A DNA stretch of 58,826 nt, filler included, from Dugesia japonica (taxonomy: Eukaryota), in NCBI GenBank assembly GCA_001938525.1. It is 5 parts of 5 records of this genome, joined end to end, with 100 filler letters (N's around TTAATTAATTAA, not from the genome) between each part and the next. Parts side by side here need not be neighbours in the genome. Positions count along the whole stretch, not along the records: positions 36,319 to 47,417 come from MQRL01615445.1; positions 47,518 to 58,826 come from MQRL01641289.1; 3 more parts are not named here. One strand, written 5' to 3'. Below the pieces are notes generated by a model. It did no database searches. It was not told the DNA's origin and saw nothing but the letters and a program-made list of their open reading frames with translations. Of the stretch, positions 36,700 to 49,872 are shown in pieces (the stretch's first letter is position 1; each line of letters starts with the position of its first letter). The position numbers were made by a program, and so were the translations under genes.

Positions 36700-38813
36700 G
36701 TAGTTTATCCATAGTACCAGACAAAATGGAAAAAAGGAAATCAATCCGTTAACAACGATACAAAGAATGTCATTTGCAGCTGCCAGAACATGTCATTTAT
36801 GTAAAAATGCTCTAGTTGATCCGGTTCATAATCATGACCATTTCAGCGGACAGTATTTAGGAGCAGCTTCCAACACTTGCAATTTAAGCCGAAGATTGAA
36901 TGTACAACTTCCCGTTGTATTTCACAATTTAAGAGGGTATGATCTGCATCATATACTTAAACATGGAGTCAATAAATTCCATCATTGGAATCTCTCCTGC
37001 ATTTCTACAAGCAGCGAGAAATTTTTATGCCTAATAGTACATCAGAAAAAAACAACAATACGATTTATAGACTCTTATCAGTTTATAAATTCTTCTCTGA
37101 TAGTGCTGTAAAGTCGTTGCAATCAACATCATTGACAACAATAGAGTTCAACGACAACAGATTAATTCTGTCAAAAGGTATTTTCCCGTATAATCTTGCA
37201 ACCAGTTTACAAGTTCTGGAAACAAAAAAAAGCATGCCACCAAGATGGGACGAAGTCAGTGAGAAAGATTATTTAAAAGCGGTGAATATGTGGAAAATCA
37301 CAAAATGCAAAAATTTATTGGACTATATGATGATATACTTAAAGTTGGATGTATTTTCGCTAGCAGATTCTATTCAACAATTCCGGGCAAAATTGCTAGT
37401 GCACATCAATTTAGAGCCATTGACATTTTTTGGAATCCCAGGTATGAGTTGGGCTTCTGCGTTAATGACTCTAAATCAACCGATTGAGCTTTTGACGAAC
37501 AATAATATGTTCACCTTTTTTGAAGGCGGAATAAGAGGTGGACTCACCTTTGTAAAATAGCATCATGTCGTCACAAATGATGAAACAGTATTGTTGTATA
37601 TTGATATCAACAACTTATATGGTTGGGCATTAAGCCAAAGTTGCCCTATAAAGATTTTGAGTGGATTTATTCGGATTGGGATTTGATATTGGAAGAATGT
37701 AAATCATCAGACCTGAAATCATTATCCTACGGTTATACATTAGAGGTAGACATAGTCATTCCAGATGAAATACAAGATTACCTGAACGATCTCCCAATTG
37801 CGGCAGAACCTCAATATCCTCCATTTTCAAAAGTTAAGAAATTATTATTAAAGCACTACTTTAAGGAAAATTATATAGGGCATTTGAGGTTGCTACAAAT
37901 AAATATGAAATTTGGAGTACGAGTCGTTAAAGTGCACAGAAGAGTAAAGTTCGTTCAGGCAGCTATATTTAAGGATTATATTGATGTCAACACAGATCTC
38001 AGATNNNNNNNNNNNNNTGAGCTGGAGAAAAGTTACTATAAGCTAATAAATAATAGTTTGTATGGTAAAAGTGTTGGAAATATTACGAAGCGGATAAATT
38101 TAAGATTATGTAATTCTGCAAAGAAACTATTGACATACACATCAAAAGCAGGATTTAGAAGGTCAATAAAAATAGATGGTGATTTAATTGCTGTACAATT
38201 AAATAAAGAAATTATATGTTAAGATCCACCAAGCTACATCGAACAAACGGTACTAGANTTATCTAAATTAAGAATGTACCAGCTACAGCATATTGAGTTG
38301 GAAAAGTACCGAAAGGAGGAAAATTGCAAAATAAATATAGTAGCCAGTGATACTGATAGTTTTTTCCTTGAGGTTATAAATATAAAGTTGGAAAAACTAA
38401 CGAGATTGATGATAAGAGATGGATTGCTGGACACGTTAAATTATGATTGAAGTCATCCGCTTTACAGTAACACGCTGAATTCGGTCAATGGAAAATTTAA
38501 GGATGAAAGCAAAAAAAATGAATATAAAGAATGGGTTTTCCATAGACCAAAATGTTAAAGCCTACTTAGCGAAACAGTTTAAATAAAAGCTAAGGGTGTA
38601 ACATTGAAAAATGCATATTTATCACATAAGTCTTATTTGGACTGTTTTAATACAAATGAAAAGGTTCAGCAATTTAGAATAGGTAAAGTCAATCATCAAT
38701 TGTACAGTTTCATGAGACCAAAACTTGCTTTATCAAACAACGATGATAAACGATTTTGGGTAGAAGACAATAAAAGTATACCTTATGGACACTACACATT
38801 AAGAAACGAATAG
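36700..38813 (+). pseudogene. Protein-primed family B DNA polymerase with N-terminal endonuclease VII-like domain (Polinton/Maverick/adintovirus-like), frameshifted
   Basis: CHLC...HNHDHFSGQYLGAASNTCNL, VVFHNLRGYD, RFIDS, KGIFPY, YLKLDV..LAD, GIRGG, LYIDINNLYGWALSQKLP, YYKLINNSLYGK, SDTDS, KAKGV, DDKRF. Confidence 0.92.
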
Positions 38814-40052
38814 TAATTTGTCTCATTAGGATCATACAGTATACTTTTTAATTAATAATTTGATCATTCAATATAATAATAATAATAATGTGACATTCTC
38901 AAATTTTAAATCCGCTCAAATTGTTGCAGAAAATAATTGAATAAGTATGTTTNNNNNNNNNNNNNNNNNNNNNNNNNNNNNNNNNNNNNNNNNNNNNNNN
39001 NNNNNNNNNNNNNNNNNNNNNNNNNNNNNNNNNNNNNNNNNNNNNNNNNNNNNNNNNNATAATTGAAAATATGTATGTTTTTATTTTTTATAAATAATAC
39101 TTATATAGTTATATTTAGTATGCCAGTCTTCTTAAATGAGTATTTGTATAGATTAGAAAATCAAATGAAAAGAAAAAATGAAAACAGTCTAAAATGATAA
39201 TGAAAACTNGGTCCTCTTTAGGACCACAAATTTTGATTGTTCAAATTATCTCGGACGAATTTTATTATCGAAATTGGTAACAATTGTGACTGAAGTTGAA
39301 AATAATAACCGGTTCAATTTATAAACATAACTATTGGATTATAGAACGAAAATCGGTGTTCTTTAGGACCACAAAATTGATGGTTGATAAAATAATTAAT
39401 TTCTTTTTTATGTCTTTGTCTTAATGTTAAATATGCAATACAAATGCAAGTTTAACAAAGAAATTGCAACAAGTACGCCGGTCAAACCAAGCATTAATTA
39501 TAAACAAGGAATGATCATAGAGCTTTATATATGATGGATTTGGATCACATTATTGACAATATTATGGAAAAAATCGATATAAATTATTTGGATTTTAGAT
39601 ATACTGAAGAAAGTCATAGTCAATGCGAACATTTAAAAATTAACCAAGGTAATCAAAGATTTTTATTATAACTATAATTATAATTACTATTATTATTACT
39701 ATTATTATTACTATTATTATTATTATTANNNNNNNNNNNNNNNNNNNNNNNNNNNNNNNNNNNNNNNNNNNNNNNNNNNNNNNNNNNNNNNNNNNNNNNN
39801 NNNNNNNNNNNNNNNNNNNNNNNNNNNNNNNNNNNNNNNNNNNNNNNNNNNNNNNNNNNNNNNNNNNNNNNNNNNNNNNNNNNNNNNNNNNNNNNNNNNN
39901 NNNNNNNNNNNNNNNNNNNNNNNNNNTTTATTAATTAAAATAAAATTATTACCACCAGATTTTGCTTTTCTTTCAATCGCTTATTTGTGTTGTTTTCCAA
40001 ACACGAATGATAGAGATTGTAATTCTATATTAAACTTGATTCCATTTATAAC

Positions 40053-40598
40053 CTACGGACTTTTATATTTGAAGTCAATGTTTAAGGCATTTGCAACTTT
40101 TATTTTATCTTCTTCATAAAATTGGTTTGCTACAGTTGGTGGATTGAGATTGTACAATTTTACCAAATTAAGCATTAGGAAACTTATATTTTCTAATNNN
40201 NNNNNNNNNNNNNNNNNNNNNNNNNNNNNNNNNNNNNTTCTTAATAATACCAGACTATCCAAAAATTGAATTTCCATCAAGGCGTGTAAACCAGCTTCTA
40301 GTATATTCTCCAACCGATGTCGATAGAGTAATATCTCATTATTTGAAATCTCAACAAAAGCATCCATGAACACATCAAGATTGTAAACATTCTTCAGAGT
40401 TTCTGCTTTGTTTGCTTTACATTCGCTTAAAAAATCCATATAATTCAAGGTTACATATTTGCTCATCGTTTTTGCATTTAATGATGTGAGAATTTTTAGA
40501 TTTTTCGATTGAACCATTTCTTTCTTATTTTCATGTTCAATCTCTTCATTGTCGCGAACACAAATATCGATATTTTTCATCATTTCCTCTTGTTTCAA
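40053..40598 (-). CDS. Hypothetical protein, possibly a Polinton accessory gene
   Basis: 181-codon open frame (spanning an N gap) with protein-like composition in very AT-rich DNA between two pPolB copies. No recognisable motif. Confidence 0.4.
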   Translation of the reverse strand: MKQEEMMKNIDICVRDNEEIEHENKKEMVQSKNLKILTSLNAKTMSKYVTLNYMDFLSECKANKAETLKNVYNLDVFMDAFVEISNNEILLYRHRLENILEAGLHALMEIQFLDSLVLLRXXXXXXXXXXXXXXLENISFLMLNLVKLYNLNPPTVANQFYEEDKIKVANALNIDFKYKSP

Positions 40599-40829
40599 TG
40601 ATAATTTATTTATTTTGGTTTTTTTAAAAAAAATAATGATTAATTACAAAAATCATGAATTTATATACATGTCGGTGTGTATGCATGAATGTATGTAATA
40701 ATAATTTAATAAGATTTGTTAAAAATTGAAATGATTTTAATTGAATGTTAAAAACTATATAATCGAAATACAATTTAACTAAAATCATTTATTTTCAAAA
40801 TGTGTTATAAATTTATTGAAAAATTAATA

Positions 40830-41445
40830 GATGTTGAAGACGATCATCAAAATGGAGAAATTGAACCAAATTTGGAATACGATGAAAAACAATGGCCTAT
40901 TAATTTAATATTTTATAAATAATTGATTTAGGAAATATTGAAGCTGATGTACAAATGGTAGAGGAAGCAGAGTTGACGAAAGGTATAGACCTATAAGAAA
41001 AGTCATCAAATACATTCGATAAAGGTTTGATTTAATTTCATTTGAATTATTAGAAAAGTCATNAAATACATTCGATAAAGGTTTGATTTAATTTCATTTG
41101 AATTATATTATTTAGTTTTAGAGTTGTTCATAGAATTACTTGGACTTCTTTATCCATGCCTTGGAGACGATATAATTTATTGTGCACCAGAAATGATTTA
41201 GTACAAAATAAAACAAATAACCGGAGTGGTTTTGTAAAAAGGTCATGAAAATATTCAATGAATATCATAAAGAAGATATTGATTGTGAATATTGTTTGGC
41301 AAAGAAGAAAGATTTAAAGAGAAANNNNNNNNNNNNNNNNNNNNNNNNNNNNNNNNNNNNNNNNNNNNNNNNNNGCAAAGAAGAAAGATTTAAAGAGAAA
41401 ATTTATTGACTCAATCTATCCTGAGTCAAATAAAAAACGATGTTA
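40830..41445 (+). pseudogene. Possible small spliced gene remnant
   Basis: Acidic exon-like blocks (DVEDDHQNGEIEPNLEYDEKQ; NIEADVQMVEEAELTK; YHKEDIDCEYCLAKKK...YPESNKKRC*) separated by short AT-rich segments ending tttag. Confidence 0.3.
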
Positions 41446-42070
41446 ATTTTGTTATTAAAATTAATTTTATTAAATAAATTTTAGTTTTTTAAATTGTTTT
41501 CTTTTTTTTATTAATCATTTTAACAAAAAAAAATTATTAAAAGTTTATTCCCAAAAAAAAATTAAAAGACACAAAATATATTATAACTGACTTGAAAACA
41601 TGTCAGTTGTATCAGTCATTTCATTGTCATAATGATATCAAATTTCATACAGTTTGACAGAGAAATGATACCAAAAACCTTTTTTTTAAAAAAATTTAAA
41701 AGTTCTTTGTTTTTCAATTTCCTTGTAAAGCATGCATTTTTTAATTTGGGTTCTTTAAAGAATAAATAGGTAGTTTATATTTCTTTATCGATTGTTATCA
41801 AAATATTTTCAAAAATTTTATCATTTCGTGTCTAGACATGGTTTTTTAAATTTTAAATATTTAATAACTTCTCACCACTACGTCAGATTGAAATTCGGAG
41901 ATAGTAGTAATGTCCGTCATCTAATTACAATTCCAATGATACCAAGTTTATCACCATAGCATATATATATNNNNNNNNNNNNNNNNNNNNNNNNNNNNNN
42001 NNNNNNNNNNNNNNNNNNNNNNNNNNNNNNNNNNNNNNNNNNNNNNNNNNNNNNNNNNNNNNNNNNNTAA

Positions 42071-42562
42071 ACTGTATCTGTGTTTTTTATTGATATGGAA
42101 GCCTTTCAGGATAATAATGGTGACTATTTAGTTAAAGAATTATGTATAATGGATGTGGATAATATTCTTAAACCGTTTTATTACATGTTTACTATGACTG
42201 AATCAATGTGTAGTTTATCAAAATCTGCTTAAACAACTAATGAGTACTTACGGCTCTGACGTTATCATCTCAGGTGGATTGATATTGATTCTAAATTTGA
42301 TCCAATTCAAATTCTCAAGGACTTGCAAGCAATTTCTAATGATGCACAGTTTTATGTGAATGATCAAGTAAATGAAAAGAAAATCAATACTCTCAAATAT
42401 ATTTTTTCGAGTCTTCGAATTGTCAATTATTAAAACTTAAATGAGCCTCTTCAATTAAGTATACCGGACAATATTTTCTGTCAACATTTTAATCATGGAG
42501 ATTATTGTGCTTATAAAAAATGTTTAAAACTGTGTTTACATTACCTGTCATCGTGTAAATAA
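42071..42562 (+). pseudogene. DEDD-like nuclease remnant with C-terminal CxH..H..CA motif (Polinton-type accessory family)
   Basis: FFIDMEAFQDNNGDYLVKELCIMD...TTNEYL...YHLRW...FYVN...EKKINTL...FCQHFNHGDYCAYKKCLKL. Three stops and a frameshift. Confidence 0.6.
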
Positions 42563-43149
42563 TTTTTTTTTATTTTTTAACATTTTTAAAAATCCCCAAA
42601 AAATCACGTTTTCTTAATTTCCTCAGCTCCTAACAGGATTTGGCGATTTTTAACTAGGTCACTCATGATCAACGTATCAATTCTCTATCGCATAGACCAG
42701 TTTATAATTAAATTCAAGAACAAAATATTTTGGGAAAAATTTTTTTAAAGCTAGAAATAAATACGAAGTCATTCTGAATCGATTTATGTAAAAATCTCGA
42801 CAAAAATCTTTTTCAAACATTGTTCAAATTGGGATTGTATGCCCGGATTCCCTTTAAAATCTTAATTATTTGAATTATTTAAACAAATTCGTCTATTTCC
42901 CATGAATTTCCGTAAAAATGTCACCCAAACAGACCAACTTGAAGAAATTATTGCCAACAAATCATAGAAAATTGACCCTTGTGAGTAAATAATCAACCAA
43001 GTTTGCCTTAACCGAGTAAATTTCATACCAAACCACCCAAAGATCAATCTTCTCAAATAGTCCAGAAAATTTAAAAATTTAAATAATTCCGTAAAGCTTT
43101 TAAATTCAGTAACGGTTTTAAATAATTCGGTAAACTATTCAAAAATACG

Positions 43150-44435
43150 AGCAAAAGTTATGACCGACAATTACATGTACTCTTTCTTTGAAGATTGAAT
43201 TAGAAGACTTTTACTTTTTTGTATAAGCATTATGTAGCTACAGATAATAATACTGAGCTTTTATATTTAAAGATAAATAATTTATTTGGTTGAACTTTAA
43301 GGCCAAAGATTCCTTTTAAGAACTTTGAATGGATTCATTCTGACTTAGAAAACATTCTTGTTAATTGTAAGACTTTAGACTTAGGCTCGTTGTCTTATGG
43401 TTATTGTGTTGAAGTTGATCTGTTAATTAGTAATGATTTACACGACTGATTTTCCATTTTTTGCTGGACACCAATTAGTACCAGTTACAAAATTTAAAAA
43501 ATTAATGCTTACACATCACCCTAAAAAATGTAATACATTGGAGGTTGAAGTATTTAAAAATTTGTATTTAAAAATACTGGTTGAAGTAAATAACCTTCAA
43601 AGGGCTGTAAAATTTGATCAAGATTATATATTTAAGGCTTATGCAGATGGAAGCACTGCAATTAGGCCGGTAAGTAAAAATGAATTAGATAAAAATTATT
43701 ATAAGTTACTAAATAATAGTCTTTTCGGAAAAACAGTTCAAAAAAGAGGATGAATCTCCATCTCTATAACTCTTCTAAAATGTTGGTGACCTATAATTCA
43801 AACCGAGCTTTTAAATTGATATGGATTTGATTGCTGTGCAGCTTAATAAAGATGTTTGTTTGGATCGTCCGAGTTATATTGGTCAATTTTTAATATATTT
43901 GTCTAAATTCCGAATGTATCGATTACAAAATTTATCGAATTAAAAAAATATCGTAACGAGGAGAAATGTTGCATAAATATTGATGCAGGAACCCTAGCAG
44001 CTTCTTTCTAGATGTGAAAAATAATAAATTAGATAAATTATTGAGTTTAATGGTGAGAGATAATATTCTGCTTGACAATTCGAATTATTCAAAAATACAT
44101 CCACTTTATAGCGATAAGTTGAATTCTGTTGTAGAAAAGTTCAAGGAGGAAAATAAGGGAAATAAGTAAAAAGAAAGAATTTTTCTGAGACCAAAATGTT
44201 ACAGTCTCCTTAGCGAAAACACTTCTATAAAGGCTAAAGGAGTAACATTAAAAAAAACTGACATAAGTTATCAGTCATACCTTGATTGTTTTAATAATAA
44301 TCAAAAAGTCTCAGTTAATCAATTTAGAATATTTAGTAAAGACCATCAAATATTTAGTTCAAATAATCCTAAAATTACATTAACAAACACAGACAACAAA
44401 CGAGTATGGATAGATAAAAATATAAGTCTACCATA
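43150..44435 (+). pseudogene. Second, diverged pPolB remnant (polymerase domain only)
   Basis: Colinear with 37500-38800: NNLFG, FEWI, YYKLLNNSLFGKT, PSYIG, HPLYS, FLRPKCYS, KAKGVT, DNKRVW. Confidence 0.88.
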
Positions 44436-44899
44436 CCAGGATTGTAAAATAATTCCTGTAGAAAAACCACTCAGAATCAAGTCAGATAATACAAAAGTAA
44501 TGATTTCTTATTTATTAATTTTAATTAATTAATTAATTAATTTTTCAGTATTTTCAAACAAACAAACTTACAATCAAACAATCGAACCAAGCATACAAAC
44601 AGATTTCATTGAATAAATTTTAAGTTGAAAAAATTTCGTTATTTTTTTTATTTTGTAATATATTTGTCTTTTTAGTTTTTTTATTGTTGTAGGCGGAGAC
44701 TTCAGTATTTAGTGCTGGTTTTTTCTATAACTTTATATGTATAAGGTTTGTTGACTTTTAACCGTGTTATTCATAATAAGCGAAAAATTCTCTATCATAT
44801 TATATAAATGTCGATATATTGCGACTAACGTTTTATTTTTATCGAAGAAGTTACCAAATCAGGAAGGTAAATTTCAATGATTTAAAGTATGACTTCATT

Positions 44900-45640
44900 C
44901 CGTACCCCCTCATATTCGACTAACTAGTCTCCCTCAAAATTTTACCTATTCTCAAGGTTCCTTGAAGTATTCTTTTAATTAGTTTTTGTTTTCGATAATT
45001 TTTTCCGAAATTCAGATGGTTGTGGTTGGAATTGAGCCAAGTGATCCAATTATGCAAGTTTGTAATTCTACTTCAAAGTCAGGTTTTACTATTTTCACTT
45101 TATTTTTTAGTAAATCATATTTTTCTAGATTTCCTTTGTTACACTCTTCAAAATTCTTTTTGGGCATTTGACATCAATTAAGTTTATTGTTTTTCTTTCA
45201 ACATTAGTTACTGTAACATAAACCCTTTCACTAGAATCAGAAATATATTTATTTATTCTATTCACCTTAAAAATAGTATTTGAGGTTCTAATTTGCTGAC
45301 AATAATATCAAGGCAAGCATTGTCTTTTAGTTGCTATTGTCTGATTCATTTTGCATATTGGAAGAACATGTGATAAAGATTCATTTTCAGTAAAGCAGCA
45401 CCGACAGTTTTGTTTTTCATAAAAGAATCTTCCACCTATTTATAGAGAGTTTGTTCGTGCACTGTGAATGAAATTCTACTGAAATTCATTGAGGTCACTT
45501 TTGAAAATCATTTTATTAATAATAGGGTTCATTTGAATAGGTGTGAATATCAAGTTGCTTGTTTGTCATATAAAGGATATTTCTTTATTAAGTACATTAA
45601 ACGATAAACGTGTACCATGAATCCTTTTGAAAAAATTTAT
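44900..45640 (-). mobile_element. Non-LTR retrotransposon 3' fragment with restriction-like endonuclease (R2/NeSL-like group)
   Basis: FIHSARTNSL; zinc knuckle CRCCFTENESLSHVLPIC...KR; RLE motifs LIDVKCP...KYDLL...V...IIGSLGSIP. Confidence 0.8.
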
Positions 45641-46864
45641 TGCAATTCTTATGTTTAGTCACGGTACATAAAATAACAAAACGAAATGCCAAATTATTTT
45701 AGATGATAAACAGAATGCATTATATAAACTTTATATTTTATTATTTGAGTATGAAAATGAATTTCACAATTAATACATTTATATAATAAATATTTTAACA
45801 GATTAAATTAATTACTTTTACTGCGTTAAATTCAAACCGGATTGGTTTATTTTGTACAGAGCATATTTAATTAATTATTTCCTAAATATCTTTTAGTCTT
45901 ATCTTAACACATCACATTAGAAAAAAATTAAAAATCAAAATAAACTCCATTTTATAATTGTGAAATTAATTTATATCAAATTTTACAATTTCACTTTCTA
46001 TAGTTACTTCATATTATATAAAATGTATTTTAAATATCTGGCAGATATAGTTGATAAATAAAATGAAAGGGATAAATTTGAATCTTTAAATAATATGATA
46101 TTAAGCGTAAATATTCTAATTAGTATTTTTATTTCAAATTAAAATAACAATTATTTTATAATTATTAGTTTAATTGATCTTTCATAAATCTATCCAAAAA
46201 TGATATGAATATTTTGTATTTATTTGGTAATTAAATATGAAATATATTTAAACGTTATATTTGAAATTGAATACCACTTGAATTTTTGGTTAACAGTTAA
46301 TAATTTTTGTTTCATTGCATAGTAACACTATTACTTTTAAAATTTATTAAAGTATACATTTATAATTAGTAAGAAGTTAGTTACACACGAGAACAAAGGA
46401 AAATGCAGTAGTTAACTTTACACATCATTAAATTATGAAGAGTGAAAAAATTAATTATTGAAGTGTATGTGTAAGATATATCATTATACTAAATTAAATT
46501 TATTAATCATTAATTGACTTCACACGACATACGTTATATATACTATTAATGAAGCACCCGATCATTATTACCCACATATTACTAACTTCACTTCCCGAAA
46601 TAATAATCACATAAAATTAAAAATAAGTAATTATTAAAAGAGTAATTATTATTTTTATTATTATTATTTTATTATTATTCTATTATTATTAGATTTTTTT
46701 ATATATTATTATTTTTATTAAATTTATTATTTATATTATTATTGCATGATTATTATTTTTCTCCGTGAGAATATTCACACTTTATATTTTACAAATCATA
46801 CAAATTTATTTTTGCATGGAAAATTAAAATTTTTTTTTGAGCAGACTTTATATATATGTATGAG

Positions 46865-47200
46865 ATGGAGCAGTCTTGATATTTAGCAGGGAGCGTTTCT
46901 ATATTTAGCATGGTATGGGGCAGTCTTGATATTTTGTAATTTATTATTACAAGAAATGAAGCAGTCGTGATATTTTACATGGTATGGGTAGTCTCTGTAT
47001 TTTGCATAGGATGGAACAGACTTGATATTTTGCAGTAAATGGGCCAGTCTTGATATTTTTTGTAAGATACTGGACAGTTTTGATTGAAGCATTATTGATT
47101 GTTTTACTTTAAATTTTACTTTAAATGGGTCAGTCTTGATATTTTTAAGAGATTGAGGCATTATTGATTTTTTTTGCTAGGGATGGAACAGTCTTAAATT
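46865..47200. repeat. Degenerate tandem array, unit about 29-30 bp
   Basis: Recurrent (g)CAGTCTTGATATTTT(gcatggtatgg), about 10 copies. Confidence 0.75.
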
Positions 47201-47417
47201 TATAGAAATGTGATTTTCAGTGTATGTGTGCTGCATTCTCATAGCATCTGAGTTGCATACATATTGCATTTATTAAAAAAAATCAATAAAAATTCTCAGG
47301 CGGCTATGTTGAGTTTTAAAAATTCTCAGACGATTTCCTACAAGGTTGTGACCTTTCTTCACGTACATATATGAGTAGATAGATAGGAGGACACGATGAC
47401 AAAGTAGGTCAAAGGGG

Positions 47418-47517
47418 NNNNNNNNNNNNNNNNNNNNNNNNNNNNNNNNNNNNNNNNNNNNTTAATTAATTAANNNNNNNNNNNNNNNNNNNNNNNNNNN
47501 NNNNNNNNNNNNNNNNN
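47418..47517. other. Artificial assembly linker
   Basis: N-run, TTAATTAATTAA, N-run. Confidence 0.95.
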
Positions 47518-47587
47518 AATTCGGTAATGAAATTTGGTCCGATTTACCGGTAAAACCGGTTTACCGAAACCGGTAATGCATGCCCTA
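47518..47587. mobile_element. DNA transposon terminus (hAT-like)
   Basis: Clustered (a)ccggt / ttaccg motifs ending GCATGCCCTA, i.e. TAGGGCATGC on the minus strand. Confidence 0.45.
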
Positions 47588-47819
47588 ATTTGTAGGTTTC
47601 AAGAAAATTATTGATTTATAATTTTTAAAGTGAATAACTTTGTTTCCGATAATTTAATAATCGATGGAAAATAATCAAAATTTTTAAAACAAGGATAATT
47701 TTGACAAAACTCTAGAAAATATGAAAACGGTCATCTAATAATCTAATAATGAATTCATTAACCATTTATGCACGCCATTAACTTTTCATTAGTAATACAG
47801 AATTTCTTATCTTTTTATT

Positions 47820-49520
47820 TAAAACATTTTCTGTTTTACCAAATAATTTTTTAATTAACAAAATAAAATTTTATTTGATAAAATATTTTTTTATTTGATA
47901 AAAATAATTTTTTTATTTTACAAAATAATTTTTTATTTAACGAAATAATTATTTTATTTGATAAATTAATTTTTTATTTTACAAAATATTTTTTTATTTG
48001 ATAAAATTGATTATTTTATTTTACAAAACAATTTTTTAATTAACAAAATAAATTTTTTATTTGATAAAATATTTTTATAATTTTATTTATTTTGCAAAAT
48101 ATTTTTTTATTTAACAAAATTAATTTTTTTATTTTACAAAATAATTATTTTATTTTACAAAATATTTTTTTATTTGATAAAAATAATTTTTTTATTTTAC
48201 AAAANNNNNNNNNNNNNNNNNNNNNNNNNNNNNNNNNNNNNNNNNNNNNNNNNNTTTTTTTATTTGATAAAAATAATTTTTTTATTTTACAAAATAATTT
48301 TTTATTTGATAAATTAATTTTTTATTTTTCCAAAATATTTTTTTATTTGATAAAATTGATTTTTTCATTTTACAAAATAATTATTTTATTTTACAAAATA
48401 TTTTTTTATTTGATAAAAATAATTTTTTTATTTTACAAAATAATTTTTTATTTAACGAAATAATTATTTTATTTGATAAATTAAATTTTTATTTTACAAA
48501 ATATTTTTTTATTTGATAAAATTAATTTTTTTGTTTTACAAAATATTTTTTTATTTGATAAATTAATTTTTTATTCTACAAATTATTTTTTTATTTGATA
48601 AATTAATTTTTTTATTTTACAAAATAATTTTTTATTTGATAAAATTAATTTTTTTATTTTACAAAATATTTTTTTATTTGATAAATTAATTTTTTATTTT
48701 ACAAATTATTTTTTTATTTGATAAAATTGATTTTTTTATTTTACAAAACAATTTTTTAATTAACAAAATAAATTTTTTATTTGATAAAATATTTTTATAA
48801 TTTATAAAACATTTTTTTTATTTTGCAAAATATTTTTTTTCATTTGGCAAAATTATTTTTTTTATTTTACAAATTATTTTTTTATTTGATAAATTAATTT
48901 TTTTATTTTACAAAATAATTTTTTATTTGATAAAATTAATTTTTTTATTTTACAAAATAATTATTTTATTTTACAAAATATTTTTTTTATTTGATAAAAA
49001 TAATTTTTTTATTTTACAAAATAATTTTTTATTTGATAAATTAATTTTTTATTTTTNCAAAATATTTTTTTATTTGATAAAATTGATTTTTTCATTTTAC
49101 AAAATAATTATTTTATTTTACAAAATATTTTTTTATTTGATAAAAATAATTTTTTATTTTACAAAACAAATTTTTAATTAACAAAATAAATTTTTTATTT
49201 GATAAAATATTTTTATAATTTATAAAACATTTTTTTCATTTGGCAAAATTATTTTTTTTATTTTACAAATTATTTTTTTATTTGATAAATTAATTTTTTT
49301 ATTNNNNNNNNNNNNNNNNNNNNNNNNNNNNNNNNNNNNNNNNNNNNNNNNNNNNNNNNNNNNNNTTTAATTAACAAAATAAATTTTTTATTTGATAAAA
49401 TATTTTTATAATTTTATTTATTTTGCAAAATATTTTTTTTATTTTACAAAACATTTTTTTAATTTTCAAAATAATGTTTTATTTGATAAAATTTTACAAA
49501 ATCATTTTTTTAATTTTCCA
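47820..49520. repeat. AT-rich satellite of alternating ~17-18 bp subunits
   Basis: ttttatttgataaaatt alternates with tttttattttacaaaat over about 1.7 kb. Confidence 0.9.
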
Positions 49521-49872
49521 AAACAGTTAAATCTGTGTGAGAAATCCCATACAAACGAGAATAATAATATAATCAAATATGGCCAAAGAAAAAACAAAAT
49601 ATTTTCCTGAAAAAAATCAATTTTGGATTATAATTTTTCTAGATTTATTTCTCCTTCGAAATAATCGAAATAACTTCTATATTAATAGAAAATATTGGAA
49701 TATCACGCACGATAAATAATAGTTTAATGAGATCGCGACATGTGTGTAAATCAATCGTTTACACCTGGATGTTAATGAAACTATCGATTATTATTATTAT
49801 TATTAAATTCATTCAGCTCACAACATGTATATCGTCGGTGCAGGTTTCTCTATATTTATTACCATTAAACGT

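Noticed and set aside
40995-41400. Exact short duplications (40995-41107; 41299-41400)
   Set aside because: They flank N positions and look like unmerged contig overlaps.
46865-47200. CRISPR-like array or the 92-aa repeat ORF
   Set aside because: The inter-repeat segments resemble one another and spacing is irregular; the ORF is a by-product of the repeat.
48092-49610. F/K/I/N-rich ORFs
   Set aside because: Translations of AT-rich satellite.
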